From a virus (taxonomy: Duplodnaviria > Heunggongvirae > Uroviricota > Caudoviricetes), in IMG/VR virus record IMGVR_UViG_3300028914_000001, positions 349,489-413,488 of that record: a DNA stretch of 64,000 nucleotides; one strand, 5' to 3'. Position 1 is the first letter of the stretch; the number at the start of each line of letters is the position of its first letter. Positions 54,940-63,968 of this stretch are shown here, piece by piece. The position numbers and the translations under genes were made by a program. The notes beneath the pieces are model-generated. The model did no database searches, was not told where the DNA came from, and saw only the letters and a program-made list of their open reading frames with translations.

Positions 54940-55122
54940 ATGCGTTTTATCGTCGACATGATTTCGTTGTTTGTATCGTCGGCATTCATTGTTGTATCCA
55001 TAGCGTTCATAATAATGCCTGGATACTCCCGTGGGCCCGCAATAGTTATCCTTGCCGCCACTCTAATCGAGTTTGCCAGGGCGACGTGCGATTTCGCCCG
55101 CCACTTTAGGAAAAAAGAATAA
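54940..55122 (+). CDS. Small two-TM protein
   Basis: Hydrophobic. Confidence 0.5.
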   Translation: MRFIVDMISLFVSSAFIVVSIAFIIMPGYSRGPAIVILAATLIEFARATCDFARHFRKKE

Positions 55123-55123
55123 A

Positions 55124-55483
55124 ATGAACTATGATGATTTAAAACAAGAAGAAATCCTGTGCTGGTATGACGGCCCCCTGATTGAAACACTCAGGGACAC
55201 TGACGGCAATGCCTATATCGCATACAACGACATCCCTGATGATGAGATTCTTGCCAAAGTCAGCAATGAACTGCTGATTAAGATGATTAAGAACCAGATA
55301 TCAATTTCAGAATGTTTCAGGGCTGGCTCGCAGAAATGGAAATGGGACACCGAAAAGCGAGAATATGTCGAAATCCCGGAGTTCAATCCAGATGACTTGC
55401 TCGACGATAAGGTCCATTTCGAAGATGTCTGTTATTTTGAATACGACAAGAATTATCTGACCACACTAGAAAACAAGGAATAA
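55124..55483 (+). CDS. Hypothetical protein
   Basis: LCWYDGPLI motif; AGGA RBS. Confidence 0.6.
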   Translation: MNYDDLKQEEILCWYDGPLIETLRDTDGNAYIAYNDIPDDEILAKVSNELLIKMIKNQISISECFRAGSQKWKWDTEKREYVEIPEFNPDDLLDDKVHFEDVCYFEYDKNYLTTLENKE

Positions 55484-55487
55484 TACT

Positions 55488-56174
55488 ATGGCAACGAAAC
55501 CCGCAAAAGAATCCTTAAAGGAAACCTTCAATGATGTTCTTATCCAGATTTACTACAAACTGGATATCAAGGGCGGCATCAACCGTGAATGGATTGACCT
55601 TGCAGAAGAAAAGAAGATTCTGCCCGAGTTCCTCGCATGGTACTCTCCCACATGGTTCGCCAAGCGTTTCCCGCACAATGCAGACGACCTCCCGAAGGGC
55701 GTTACACCAGCACAGCATTTCGTCACCTTCGACCCGAAGAAGGGTCTCCTCCTCTGTGTAGGATATTACTTCGACGAAAACCTTCTTGTAGACGACAAGG
55801 AATTTAAGTCCCTCCTGGAAGAAATCGTCGACGATGCCCGAGGGCAGTTCGCCGACGGATGGGGAGAAGGGTTCGAACAGCGTGACTTCAAGATTGGCCG
55901 CAAGACTTATTCCCCAGACCCTACCAGCAACGTGGTCTACATCGTCTCACCTATCGAATCTAGCGAGGCAATGATGATTCGCTGGAAATCCATTGCCGAA
56001 ATCGAAAATGTGGACTGGATGCGTGACTACGACAACGACATCTGGAACATCCTCTACAATCCCAAAAAGCACAAGGAAAATAAGGAAGCCTCCAGTATCC
56101 GTTCATGGGGAGACAAGCTCGAAATGTATGAGTTCGTAGAAAAGAACAAGAACAAATTCTTCTTTGCATACTAA
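55488..56174 (+). CDS. Hypothetical protein with GQFADGWGEGFEQ motif
   Basis: Motif recalled from mobile-element proteins; AAGGA RBS. Confidence 0.65.
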   Translation: MATKPAKESLKETFNDVLIQIYYKLDIKGGINREWIDLAEEKKILPEFLAWYSPTWFAKRFPHNADDLPKGVTPAQHFVTFDPKKGLLLCVGYYFDENLLVDDKEFKSLLEEIVDDARGQFADGWGEGFEQRDFKIGRKTYSPDPTSNVVYIVSPIESSEAMMIRWKSIAEIENVDWMRDYDNDIWNILYNPKKHKENKEASSIRSWGDKLEMYEFVEKNKNKFFFAY

Positions 56175-56185
56175 TGAGGTGATAG

Positions 56186-56407
56186 ATGACTTTGACAAGC
56201 TGCTTGTTCGTCGCCGATATTCTCGTATTTTTCTTCTCCATAGTCGTCGCCTCCGCTATGGACTCTGTATTGCCGAAGTTGAAGGAAACCCCGTCGTTGT
56301 ATGCTGAATGCAAATTCATACGACTCACCATGCGAATAACCCTGGTAATCAGCATCCTCGGCTTTATCGCAACAACCCTATTCATGTATCTAAAGGATGG
56401 AGTATAA
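56186..56407 (+). CDS. Small membrane protein
   Basis: GAGGTG RBS; two TM segments. Confidence 0.55.
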   Translation: MTLTSCLFVADILVFFFSIVVASAMDSVLPKLKETPSLYAECKFIRLTMRITLVISILGFIATTLFMYLKDGV

Positions 56408-56410
56408 CCT

Positions 56411-56689
56411 ATGAAAAAGTTTAATTTTTTCGACCCAAATGATTTCGGGAAAGTAACCCAAAGCACCCAGTACGCCGTGTACAACCGTAACCGACAGGAA
56501 CTGGTTCACCGCAGAGGGGTCTGCTCTGCCGGGTTGCCACAGTTCTGGTACAATACCTATAACCAGGCGGAAGAGCTTCTGAACGAAGCATTGAAATACT
56601 TTCCCGATAACGAAATCCTGACAATCATCAAGAAAGATGCAGTAATTACGTTCACCGATTGCATGTCCGAGGATAAACATGAAGCCTGA
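56411..56689 (+). CDS. Hypothetical protein
   Basis: GGAG RBS. Confidence 0.6.
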   Translation: MKKFNFFDPNDFGKVTQSTQYAVYNRNRQELVHRRGVCSAGLPQFWYNTYNQAEELLNEALKYFPDNEILTIIKKDAVITFTDCMSEDKHEA

Positions 56690-57179
56690 GGAAACCAATA
56701 TCCCGACCCACTGGGAAATGGCACAGTGGCTTGCCCAAGGAAAGGGCGAGATGCTTGATACGAACGACTTCAACCGTGTCATCCACTCGTTCGACTACAG
56801 GCTTGAATATGAAAACGAGCCGCTTCACCCGCTGGAACTCGCACAGTACAAGATTCGCCTGTTCGGCGACCCGTTCTGGCACCAGCCAGATACCGTCTAC
56901 ATGGACATCCCCCGATGGAACCTCCACAAGTTCATCCACCACATCGCAGCAAAGTTCCCCGAGGGCACTTTCCCCGTGCATACAGACGTACTGCATGGCG
57001 CCTTCCATGTCAACGACATGTGTATCGCATGCTCGTTGGGCGTATACACATGTTGCAAGAACGGGAAGCTGGAACTGGAAGATTACAGGACCCATTGGGA
57101 TTCGATTACCGACGATGATGTCATGCGGATTGAAAAGGTCATCAGGAAACTCGTAAAGAAAAAATCCGAGACCACTTGA
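56679..57179 (+). CDS. Hypothetical protein
   Basis: GAGG RBS. Confidence 0.65.
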   Translation: MKPEETNIPTHWEMAQWLAQGKGEMLDTNDFNRVIHSFDYRLEYENEPLHPLELAQYKIRLFGDPFWHQPDTVYMDIPRWNLHKFIHHIAAKFPEGTFPVHTDVLHGAFHVNDMCIACSLGVYTCCKNGKLELEDYRTHWDSITDDDVMRIEKVIRKLVKKKSETT

Positions 57180-57204
57180 CAATCCGACTTTAATTGTCTA
57201 TATT
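57176..57204 (+). promoter_or_regulatory. Sigma70-like promoter TTGACA-N17-TATATT
   Basis: Exact motif. Confidence 0.8.
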
Positions 57205-57233
57205 ACTTCCAGTAACTCAACAGGAGACTGAAC

Positions 57234-57452
57234 ATGGCAGGAAACACTATTGAATCCTCGGGAAATCCGTCGTACACTCCCCGTGACTACGAGAAGGAGA
57301 ACGACCTTGGCGTGTATGTCCACTGCGTAGAACGCATGGGCCAGATTGCCGCAATAATGAACGTGTACCCTAAGACGATGACGCTCGAACAGGTGTACGA
57401 GTCCGTCCAGTACCAACTTGAAAAATACAGAAAGCTCGTCATCGGACGATAA
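57234..57452 (+). CDS. Hypothetical protein
   Basis: AGGAG RBS. Confidence 0.65.
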   Translation: MAGNTIESSGNPSYTPRDYEKENDLGVYVHCVERMGQIAAIMNVYPKTMTLEQVYESVQYQLEKYRKLVIGR

Positions 57453-57463
57453 AGGAGAAACCT

Positions 57464-57877
57464 ATGAACATTGGAGACATTTTATACATAGTTTTGCTTG
57501 TCGCATTCGTCATGACGCTGTTGTCCACCGTCCTCTACAAGCGGATGATGGTAGGCAAGGTCCAGATAATGAAGGTCGGCGATTCCTATGCGGTCAGACA
57601 GTATGCTGGCGCTAGTTCTTTCGATTACATCCGTTTCGATGAACTGCTCGACTATAAATGGAGATGGCTTTACGGAGAAAGTGTTCTGAAGACGTGCGAT
57701 TTTCCAATGACGATGCCGTATGAAGAGTCCGAGCGTGTTGCCAATCTAGCCCATGCCAAGTACCTCGAATATCGAGAAAGCAAAAGACTAGAGAAGCAAA
57801 AGGCCAAGGAAAGACGGTTGGAAAAGAAAAAGAACAAACCTGTCCTCGTCAAGAAAATATCGAGCAAGGCGGACTGA
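57464..57877 (+). CDS. Membrane-anchored hypothetical protein
   Basis: AAGGAG RBS; N-terminal TM. Confidence 0.65.
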   Translation: MNIGDILYIVLLVAFVMTLLSTVLYKRMMVGKVQIMKVGDSYAVRQYAGASSFDYIRFDELLDYKWRWLYGESVLKTCDFPMTMPYEESERVANLAHAKYLEYRESKRLEKQKAKERRLEKKKNKPVLVKKISSKAD

Positions 57878-57894
57878 GCCGAAAGAGAAACAAG

Positions 57895-58920
57895 ATGGTT
57901 AATATAGACGCTAGACAATTTTTGAAAGAAGCCCGTGAACTCCATGAAGCTGACAAAGAGCGATTCAGGGGCGTTAAAGATGTGAGCGATGTAGTCAGGG
58001 GATGGGGTGCCAATGATTTATCGCTTGACACATTCAAGCGCACACTGTGCCGCTATACAGACCACTCGGGCCATGTCACCAATTACCTGTGTGCCCTCCT
58101 GAATTGCAAGCCTATATCGGAACTGATTGTAGATTCCGATGCACTGGAAGGACCATGGATTGAAGAACTAAGGGCTGCCGTAAAACGGGCCAAGGCCGAA
58201 TGCGACTCGTGGTGGAGCTGCCTGGACCTTGATGAAATTTATATACTAGAACTTGTGCTCAAACATTTCGACGAAATCGTCAAGAGGTTCAAACAACGGT
58301 TTGCCGAAGAGGATGCCATCACCGAGCTTAACAGGGCGCTTCGTAAATATCCGAAGGCCAACTGTGACGGGGAAATGGGCGCCAAGGTCAGCGAGAGCAT
58401 CTCCCTGTACAATGAAATCTCCTGTACCGAGTCCGATATCGAAAAATACAAGAAGATGATTGACATTGGCAAGACGCTCGTTACCGACAATGCCGAGCTC
58501 ATGACGATGATGACTGACAATATGAACGCCCGTTCAAACCGAATTAAACAACTCGCCGATGAACACGGTAACGCCGAAGCCAACATACGCCAAGCCCTGC
58601 TCGATGCCATGAAAGGCAAGTTCATATACTGGGACGATAGAGATACACAACACTCACGGTACATGCGTCTCGTTGACGTGAAAATGGATGGTTGGAGCGA
58701 CAAGGATGTCTTCCTGAAAGGACCGTTAATCTACTTCGACTGGGGTGTTAAACCCAAGTTCGAGGCCGATGGTTCCGTGTATTTATCGTACATGAGCAAA
58801 CTCAGCGAGAAAGTCGATTGCCTGCATGTCGTCGAAATAGACGAGCTGCTGAAAGAGGTAGAGAAACATACCCCATTCATGCTCGACTTCATCAAGAAAC
58901 TTACCGAAAACATGGCATGA
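57895..58920 (+). CDS. Hypothetical protein (coiled-coil rich)
   Basis: 341 aa. Confidence 0.7.
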   Translation: MVNIDARQFLKEARELHEADKERFRGVKDVSDVVRGWGANDLSLDTFKRTLCRYTDHSGHVTNYLCALLNCKPISELIVDSDALEGPWIEELRAAVKRAKAECDSWWSCLDLDEIYILELVLKHFDEIVKRFKQRFAEEDAITELNRALRKYPKANCDGEMGAKVSESISLYNEISCTESDIEKYKKMIDIGKTLVTDNAELMTMMTDNMNARSNRIKQLADEHGNAEANIRQALLDAMKGKFIYWDDRDTQHSRYMRLVDVKMDGWSDKDVFLKGPLIYFDWGVKPKFEADGSVYLSYMSKLSEKVDCLHVVEIDELLKEVEKHTPFMLDFIKKLTENMA

Positions 58921-58923
58921 CCT

Positions 58924-59853
58924 ATGAACAAACCATTCGATAAATTGGCTTACAACGAACGGCTGCAAGAATTACGCAATCAGTATGAGTTAGCCCAGGA
59001 ATCCACAAAACAGGCCGAACAGAAACTGAATGAGGCGAAGGATAACGAAAGCAAGTCCCTTGCCGACATGACCGATTTCATAAAAAAGTCGTTCGTCACT
59101 CAGCTCAAGGAATTCTTCGACGGAGCCCCCGTCGCAATCCAGGTTTACAACCACTCTAAGGACAATGTGCTTCCGCCCGAGGATGAACCAGACATGTACG
59201 GCGTTCGCATCCTCCCAACAGTACTGCAAGAAAATGACGTGTACGTTTCCGGGGAATATGCCAGCGTCAATCCCATAAGGATGGATTTCATCGACATACA
59301 TCACGGGCAACAGCCGTGGATTCAGCCTTACGATGCGTATTACCCCAGTTATACCAACATCATCTTCCTCCCGAATGATGGTCGCTGGGTTAAATCACGT
59401 TACATCCCCGTGAAAGACTTCTCGGTAATACAGGACATCATGGAAAGGAACCGCAAACTTTACATGGAACGCCTGGACGAGGAAATCAGCAAACTGAGAG
59501 AGCTTTGTCCGAAATATAAAGCTTATACAGCGTCATGGAAGGATTATACCTACATCTTCCTCGTAGGAAAAGACGTTATTCATATACGGTACACGACAGA
59601 CACGTTTCCACATGTTCTAAAAGGAGACGATGACGACCCGTTATGGTATAGAATGCTGGAGGAGAAGTATGAACGGAAAGAGATTTCAACCGACGATGTA
59701 TGCAAAAGGCTAACCAGCATCGTAAGGGGAAATTTAAAGTATTACAAGGAAACCGTGGCGAAAGCGAAAAAATGGTTCGACGACTGCGTTAAACTGGCCG
59801 AAGAACACAAGACAGAAAATGGGCCTTCATCGAGATTCCAAACTGGAAGATAA
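58924..59853 (+). CDS. Hypothetical protein
   Basis: 309 aa. Confidence 0.7.
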   Translation: MNKPFDKLAYNERLQELRNQYELAQESTKQAEQKLNEAKDNESKSLADMTDFIKKSFVTQLKEFFDGAPVAIQVYNHSKDNVLPPEDEPDMYGVRILPTVLQENDVYVSGEYASVNPIRMDFIDIHHGQQPWIQPYDAYYPSYTNIIFLPNDGRWVKSRYIPVKDFSVIQDIMERNRKLYMERLDEEISKLRELCPKYKAYTASWKDYTYIFLVGKDVIHIRYTTDTFPHVLKGDDDDPLWYRMLEEKYERKEISTDDVCKRLTSIVRGNLKYYKETVAKAKKWFDDCVKLAEEHKTENGPSSRFQTGR

Positions 59854-59902
59854 TCCCAGGAAGCGCCTACTCGAAATCGTAAAAATAAGTTAACATTTCA
59901 CT

Positions 59903-59939
59903 TTTTTGCCGTCTGTCTTATCGCAGGCGGTTTTATTTT
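59903..59939 (+). terminator. Intrinsic terminator
   Basis: GCCGTCTG...CAGGCGGT followed by TTTATTTT. Confidence 0.6.
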
Positions 59940-59970
59940 ACTATATTTATCAGTAAAGAAAGGAACAAAT

Positions 59971-60465
59971 ATGAAAGCCAACACGAAACTCGAAATGGAA
60001 GACTTCAACCGAATCTGCCTGGATTGCGGCCTTGTCCCCAACGAAGCCAAGAACAAGGAATACAACAACGAGGCAAGCTACTTTAACCTCGTCCATCCCA
60101 TTTCCAAGGAACCCATCGAAGCCGCCTACTATGAAGACTTCATCGATGACGACTACAGTACAATCCATGTAGGCGCCCACATTCGCAGCATCCTTGGATA
60201 CCACTTCTCCATCATAGATACGACACGGCTCGGTATCGACGAAGAATACATCCGTCAGTCCATCGATAAGCTCAAACATTTCCTCGACGAAGAACTCGAA
60301 GCCAGAAAGAAGACCAAGGTTCCTCTCAAAGATTTCATCGACTTCATTGCCCCCCAGCGAGAACTGGTCAGGAACGGCCTGGTCGAACTCTCCGTCCCGG
60401 TCAGCGAGTTCATCGCCAAGCTCGGCAAAAACCCCGTACTCAAAATTGACGTAACAAAGGAGTAA
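59971..60465 (+). CDS. Hypothetical protein
   Basis: AAGGA RBS. Confidence 0.7.
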   Translation: MKANTKLEMEDFNRICLDCGLVPNEAKNKEYNNEASYFNLVHPISKEPIEAAYYEDFIDDDYSTIHVGAHIRSILGYHFSIIDTTRLGIDEEYIRQSIDKLKHFLDEELEARKKTKVPLKDFIDFIAPQRELVRNGLVELSVPVSEFIAKLGKNPVLKIDVTKE

Positions 60466-60470
60466 AACCC

Positions 60471-61031
60471 ATGATTGAACTGTTCGGATGGAACGACGCT
60501 TCCAACACTGAAATACCCCTGAATAAGGAAATCTTCGCCCTGCTCCAAGACCTGACGGACCCAGAAAAACTCAGTCCTGCAGTCATCGTCGCCAAGATGA
60601 TGCCAGCACGGCAACTTACATGGGTGGAAAACGACGAAGGCGATGTCCTCTGCTACGATATCCCCGCAGCCCACTTCCATTGCTGCAACGGGGCCCAAAT
60701 CAAGTACTGGAAAGCCGTTGATATCCCACAGAAGCTCGACTCCTGCGTCTGCGGCGTGGTTGAAGCACCCAAGGACTGCTTCGAGGCAGAACTCGCTATT
60801 CCACCAAAACCTAAGCCAAAGCGACCTTCACCAGAAGGATACTGGAAGTTCATCCCCCACTGCTTCGCACCAGACGAATACTATGTACAGTGGAAATGCG
60901 AATGCGGCACAGTAAACCAGTTCAGAAAGACAGTCCCGGACCTCTGCACCTTCCCGGCATTCTCCGTCTACTGCACCCACTGCAACAAGAAACTTGATGT
61001 CACCTTCGATTTATCCAAGATGAACACTTGA
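60471..61031 (+). CDS. Cys-rich protein with C-terminal Zn ribbon
   Basis: CECG...CTHC; AAGGAG RBS. Confidence 0.65.
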   Translation: MIELFGWNDASNTEIPLNKEIFALLQDLTDPEKLSPAVIVAKMMPARQLTWVENDEGDVLCYDIPAAHFHCCNGAQIKYWKAVDIPQKLDSCVCGVVEAPKDCFEAELAIPPKPKPKRPSPEGYWKFIPHCFAPDEYYVQWKCECGTVNQFRKTVPDLCTFPAFSVYCTHCNKKLDVTFDLSKMNT

Positions 61032-61056
61032 CAACCAGAAAATAATTATCTATATT
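61028..61056 (+). promoter_or_regulatory. Sigma70-like promoter TTGACA-N17-TATATT
   Basis: Exact motif. Confidence 0.8.
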
Positions 61057-61102
61057 GTTCATGCAAACAAATACAAACCACACATACAAAAAGGACATCC
61101 CA

Positions 61103-61579
61103 ATGAACAATTCTGCACAAAAACAGGCTATCCTCGACGCTGACAACGCCAAAGGTGACGTACTCGACCTCATCGCCCCGATGGTATGCGACAAGTCCCG
61201 ATTCACCGTCGAAAACAAGTCCGTTCAACTGAACGTGCGAAACCCGATTACCGTCGAAGGCTATGTCTCGACCTATTTCGATGACCTGCGAATCGATTTC
61301 TGCATGCACTACAACGAAGCCCGTGACGACTTCTACGGGACCGTTCTCGTCATGCACTTCGGTGTCCACCGCAACGAAGACGGGGAAATGGACGTAAAAC
61401 CGAATTGGGAACCTCTCGATTACTTCTACACCGAAGACTCGTCATGGGCCCCAATCGAGACGCTGAAGGGAATCGCCAACCATATCCTCTACGCCCTCGA
61501 CATGGCCAAGGTCTATAAACAGACCGCAGAGCAGCTTGCTGACCTCAGAAAAACCTACGGCATCGCCAAAGATGACTAA
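61103..61579 (+). CDS. Hypothetical protein
   Basis: AAGGA RBS before MNNSAQ. Confidence 0.7.
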   Translation: MNNSAQKQAILDADNAKGDVLDLIAPMVCDKSRFTVENKSVQLNVRNPITVEGYVSTYFDDLRIDFCMHYNEARDDFYGTVLVMHFGVHRNEDGEMDVKPNWEPLDYFYTEDSSWAPIETLKGIANHILYALDMAKVYKQTAEQLADLRKTYGIAKDD

Positions 61580-61594
61580 AAAGGAGTAAATCCA

Positions 61595-61960
61595 ATGGAA
61601 GGATACATCACCACAGCCCGTGTCGGTGACACCATCAGCATCCTGGCGACAGCATCGGGCGACCCCTCCTGCAAGGGCAAGGAAGGAACCATCACCCAAC
61701 TCGACTCCGACGGAACCATCCACGGAACATGGGGAGACATCGCCCTCCTCCATGGACGGGACTCCTACGCCATCGTCAAGAGAGCCCCGCTCACCGACAA
61801 GGAACTGCAGACGCTTTCCCCATTCGAACGCCTGGGAATCGGAGTCCCGAACGACATATTCTATGCCGACAGGTGCGACACCCCGACGCAATCTTCCAAC
61901 TTCATCCGAATGGTCGAAGAACTCAACAAGGTAAAGACCCATGGTAGACGTAATAATTGA
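61595..61960 (+). CDS. DUF4314-domain protein
   Basis: VGDTI...GKEGTITQLDSDGTIHGTWG..ALLHGRD. Confidence 0.7.
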   Translation: MEGYITTARVGDTISILATASGDPSCKGKEGTITQLDSDGTIHGTWGDIALLHGRDSYAIVKRAPLTDKELQTLSPFERLGIGVPNDIFYADRCDTPTQSSNFIRMVEELNKVKTHGRRNN

Positions 61961-62192
61961 CGGCGAAGCAGCATACTGCCTCCCAGACTGCACCTGCTGC
62001 ACGGCATGCCACAAGCTCATTACCGAGGTGGATGAATGCCCGTTCCCCGAACCAGACGGCCTGTGGTCAGACAAGTACAAGTGCTCCCCAGACTGCAACT
62101 ACTACCAGGAAATCTGGGACGACGAAGAACTTAAAAAGGAACTCGCCCTCGACGAGGACAAAACCCTGTTGGAACCCTTGGAGGAAACCTGA
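61941..62192 (+). CDS. Cys-rich acidic small protein
   Basis: Multiple CxxC. Confidence 0.55.
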   Translation: MVDVIIDGEAAYCLPDCTCCTACHKLITEVDECPFPEPDGLWSDKYKCSPDCNYYQEIWDDEELKKELALDEDKTLLEPLEET

Positions 62193-62517
62193 TGGACTCC
62201 CCTACGCTCGTCAGCATCGCCGCAGCGAACTCATCCGTAACCAACTCGGGGTTCGGCCCAGATGTCGCCCTAGAATTCGCACTGGTATTCTTCGTGGCGT
62301 TCCCTCTGGCCATCTACGGGTTCGGAAAACTAATCAACTTTATCGAAAAGAAACGAGGCTAACTATGAAGATTCCAAAGTCCGAAATAAAGAAGTTCCGA
62401 AAACTCTTCTATGAAGCAGTGCAGGAAGCCCTGGCTATCCCAACCCCATGGATGGAAAAGGCGTTCCCCGGATGGAAAAACGGCTGATTTCTAACCATAA
62501 ACAAAAAGAGGTACAAA

Positions 62518-62754
62518 ATGAAAGTAAAAGAACTCATCGAAAAACTCCAAAAGCTCAACCCCGAACTCGAAATCGTGGGCTACGAATCCGACATGGAACG
62601 CTCGGGTATCGAACCCGTCAACGTATATCCCCGTGTACAGAAGTTCAAGACCGAAAAACGCTCCACATGGGACCGCTTCGACGGCACGGACTATACCTAC
62701 ACGAGATACGTCGAAGACCCGAACGGCCCTATCGAAGCCGTCAGACTCTGGTAA
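62518..62754 (+). CDS. Hypothetical phage protein
   Basis: MKVKELIEKLQKLNPELEI N-terminus common in phage ORFs; GAGG RBS. Confidence 0.7.
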   Translation: MKVKELIEKLQKLNPELEIVGYESDMERSGIEPVNVYPRVQKFKTEKRSTWDRFDGTDYTYTRYVEDPNGPIEAVRLW

Positions 62755-62760
62755 GGCCCG

Positions 62761-63030
62761 ATGAAACCGAATCCCCTCTACCAAAAGGTCACCAAGAACC
62801 TCAAACTCGACAAGGACACCTGCTCCTGGGCAAAGGACTTCTTCGCCGCTTCCCACAGGAGCAAGGCCGGACTTCTCGACGACGCCATCGAAAGCTACTC
62901 CGACGGCGTCCCCCGCCATATATTCAACAAGCACCTCGAAGACGATGCCGGGAAAATAACCAGCTTCACCACCATGCGTGAACTGCTCCTCTATATCTCC
63001 CAAGTGGCCGACTCCGAAGGCTTCTTCTAA
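62761..63030 (+). CDS. Hypothetical protein
   Basis: Operon. Confidence 0.6.
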   Translation: MKPNPLYQKVTKNLKLDKDTCSWAKDFFAASHRSKAGLLDDAIESYSDGVPRHIFNKHLEDDAGKITSFTTMRELLLYISQVADSEGFF

Positions 63031-63054
63031 CCCCCAAACTGAATCAGGTTAACC

Positions 63055-63723
63055 ATGGAACATCTCACTTACGTCAAAGAAGACTTCCCGGACGGATGGA
63101 AGGAAACCCCGTTCGAACTGCTTTTCAAACGCCTCGAAGAAAACGGGTTCAAAACCACCAATCAAGGGGAATTGTCGGCAAACGAAATGGTCATGGACGC
63201 CAGACCGCACTCCGACCTGTATAAAATCGAAAAGGACGGAAGATGCTTCTCGTTCGTCCTCAATGCCACCACAAACCTCCGCAACGGGGCCGAACTCCTG
63301 GATTCTATCGGAGGCTTCAAAAACATATCCAATAAAATCAACAAGCGGGTCGAGTTCGAAATCCCCCCAGACAGGGACGTGGACGGAAAATGCGCCGCTG
63401 TCGAATACTGGGTCAGAGACCTCGTCAACTACTTCTATGGAAGACCCGTCGAAAAACGAAAGTTCGATACCGAAAAATGGGATAAAATCCGTAGAGAAGA
63501 ATACGCCGAACTCAAAGCGAAATCCGACGCCAGATGGAACGACTACCTCAAACACCCAGACAAGTACTCCGGCCCTCCACCTAGAATCGTCGAACCCCAG
63601 CTCTACCCCAATACCATCGTGGGAGTCATCCCCATATCCAAACCACAAGGCCTCGCCTTCGCCCTCAAATTCCTGGATACAGAACCCCTGTCTAAAACCC
63701 TCCTACGTAAAGGCAAGAAATGA
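63055..63723 (+). CDS. Hypothetical protein with C-terminal T4 gp23 (major capsid) Gol-region-like peptide
   Basis: RIVEPQLYPNTIVGVIPISKPQGLAFALK aligns without gaps to gp23 RRAIPNLIAFDICGVQPMNSPTGQVFALR (recalled). Confidence 0.6.
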   Translation: MEHLTYVKEDFPDGWKETPFELLFKRLEENGFKTTNQGELSANEMVMDARPHSDLYKIEKDGRCFSFVLNATTNLRNGAELLDSIGGFKNISNKINKRVEFEIPPDRDVDGKCAAVEYWVRDLVNYFYGRPVEKRKFDTEKWDKIRREEYAELKAKSDARWNDYLKHPDKYSGPPPRIVEPQLYPNTIVGVIPISKPQGLAFALKFLDTEPLSKTLLRKGKK

Positions 63724-63968
63724 ACAAGGACGAAATCTTCCAGTACCTCCTCTCCCACGGCTTCACCCGGAAAGACAACGAATTCAGGAAGGATATCCTA
63801 GTCGCCAGACATAACGAGGAAAAGAACAGACTCGAAGTCCTCTATGACATCGGTGAAAAACTCCCCGTCTACTGGTACTACGATATCCTCAAAGACTTCA
63901 ACCCAAACGCCATCGACTCCTACTTCAATAACCTATATGACGCCATCAAGACATTTGACGAACAATGA
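63720..63968 (+). CDS. Hypothetical protein
   Basis: ATGA overlap. Confidence 0.6.
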   Translation: MNKDEIFQYLLSHGFTRKDNEFRKDILVARHNEEKNRLEVLYDIGEKLPVYWYYDILKDFNPNAIDSYFNNLYDAIKTFDEQ

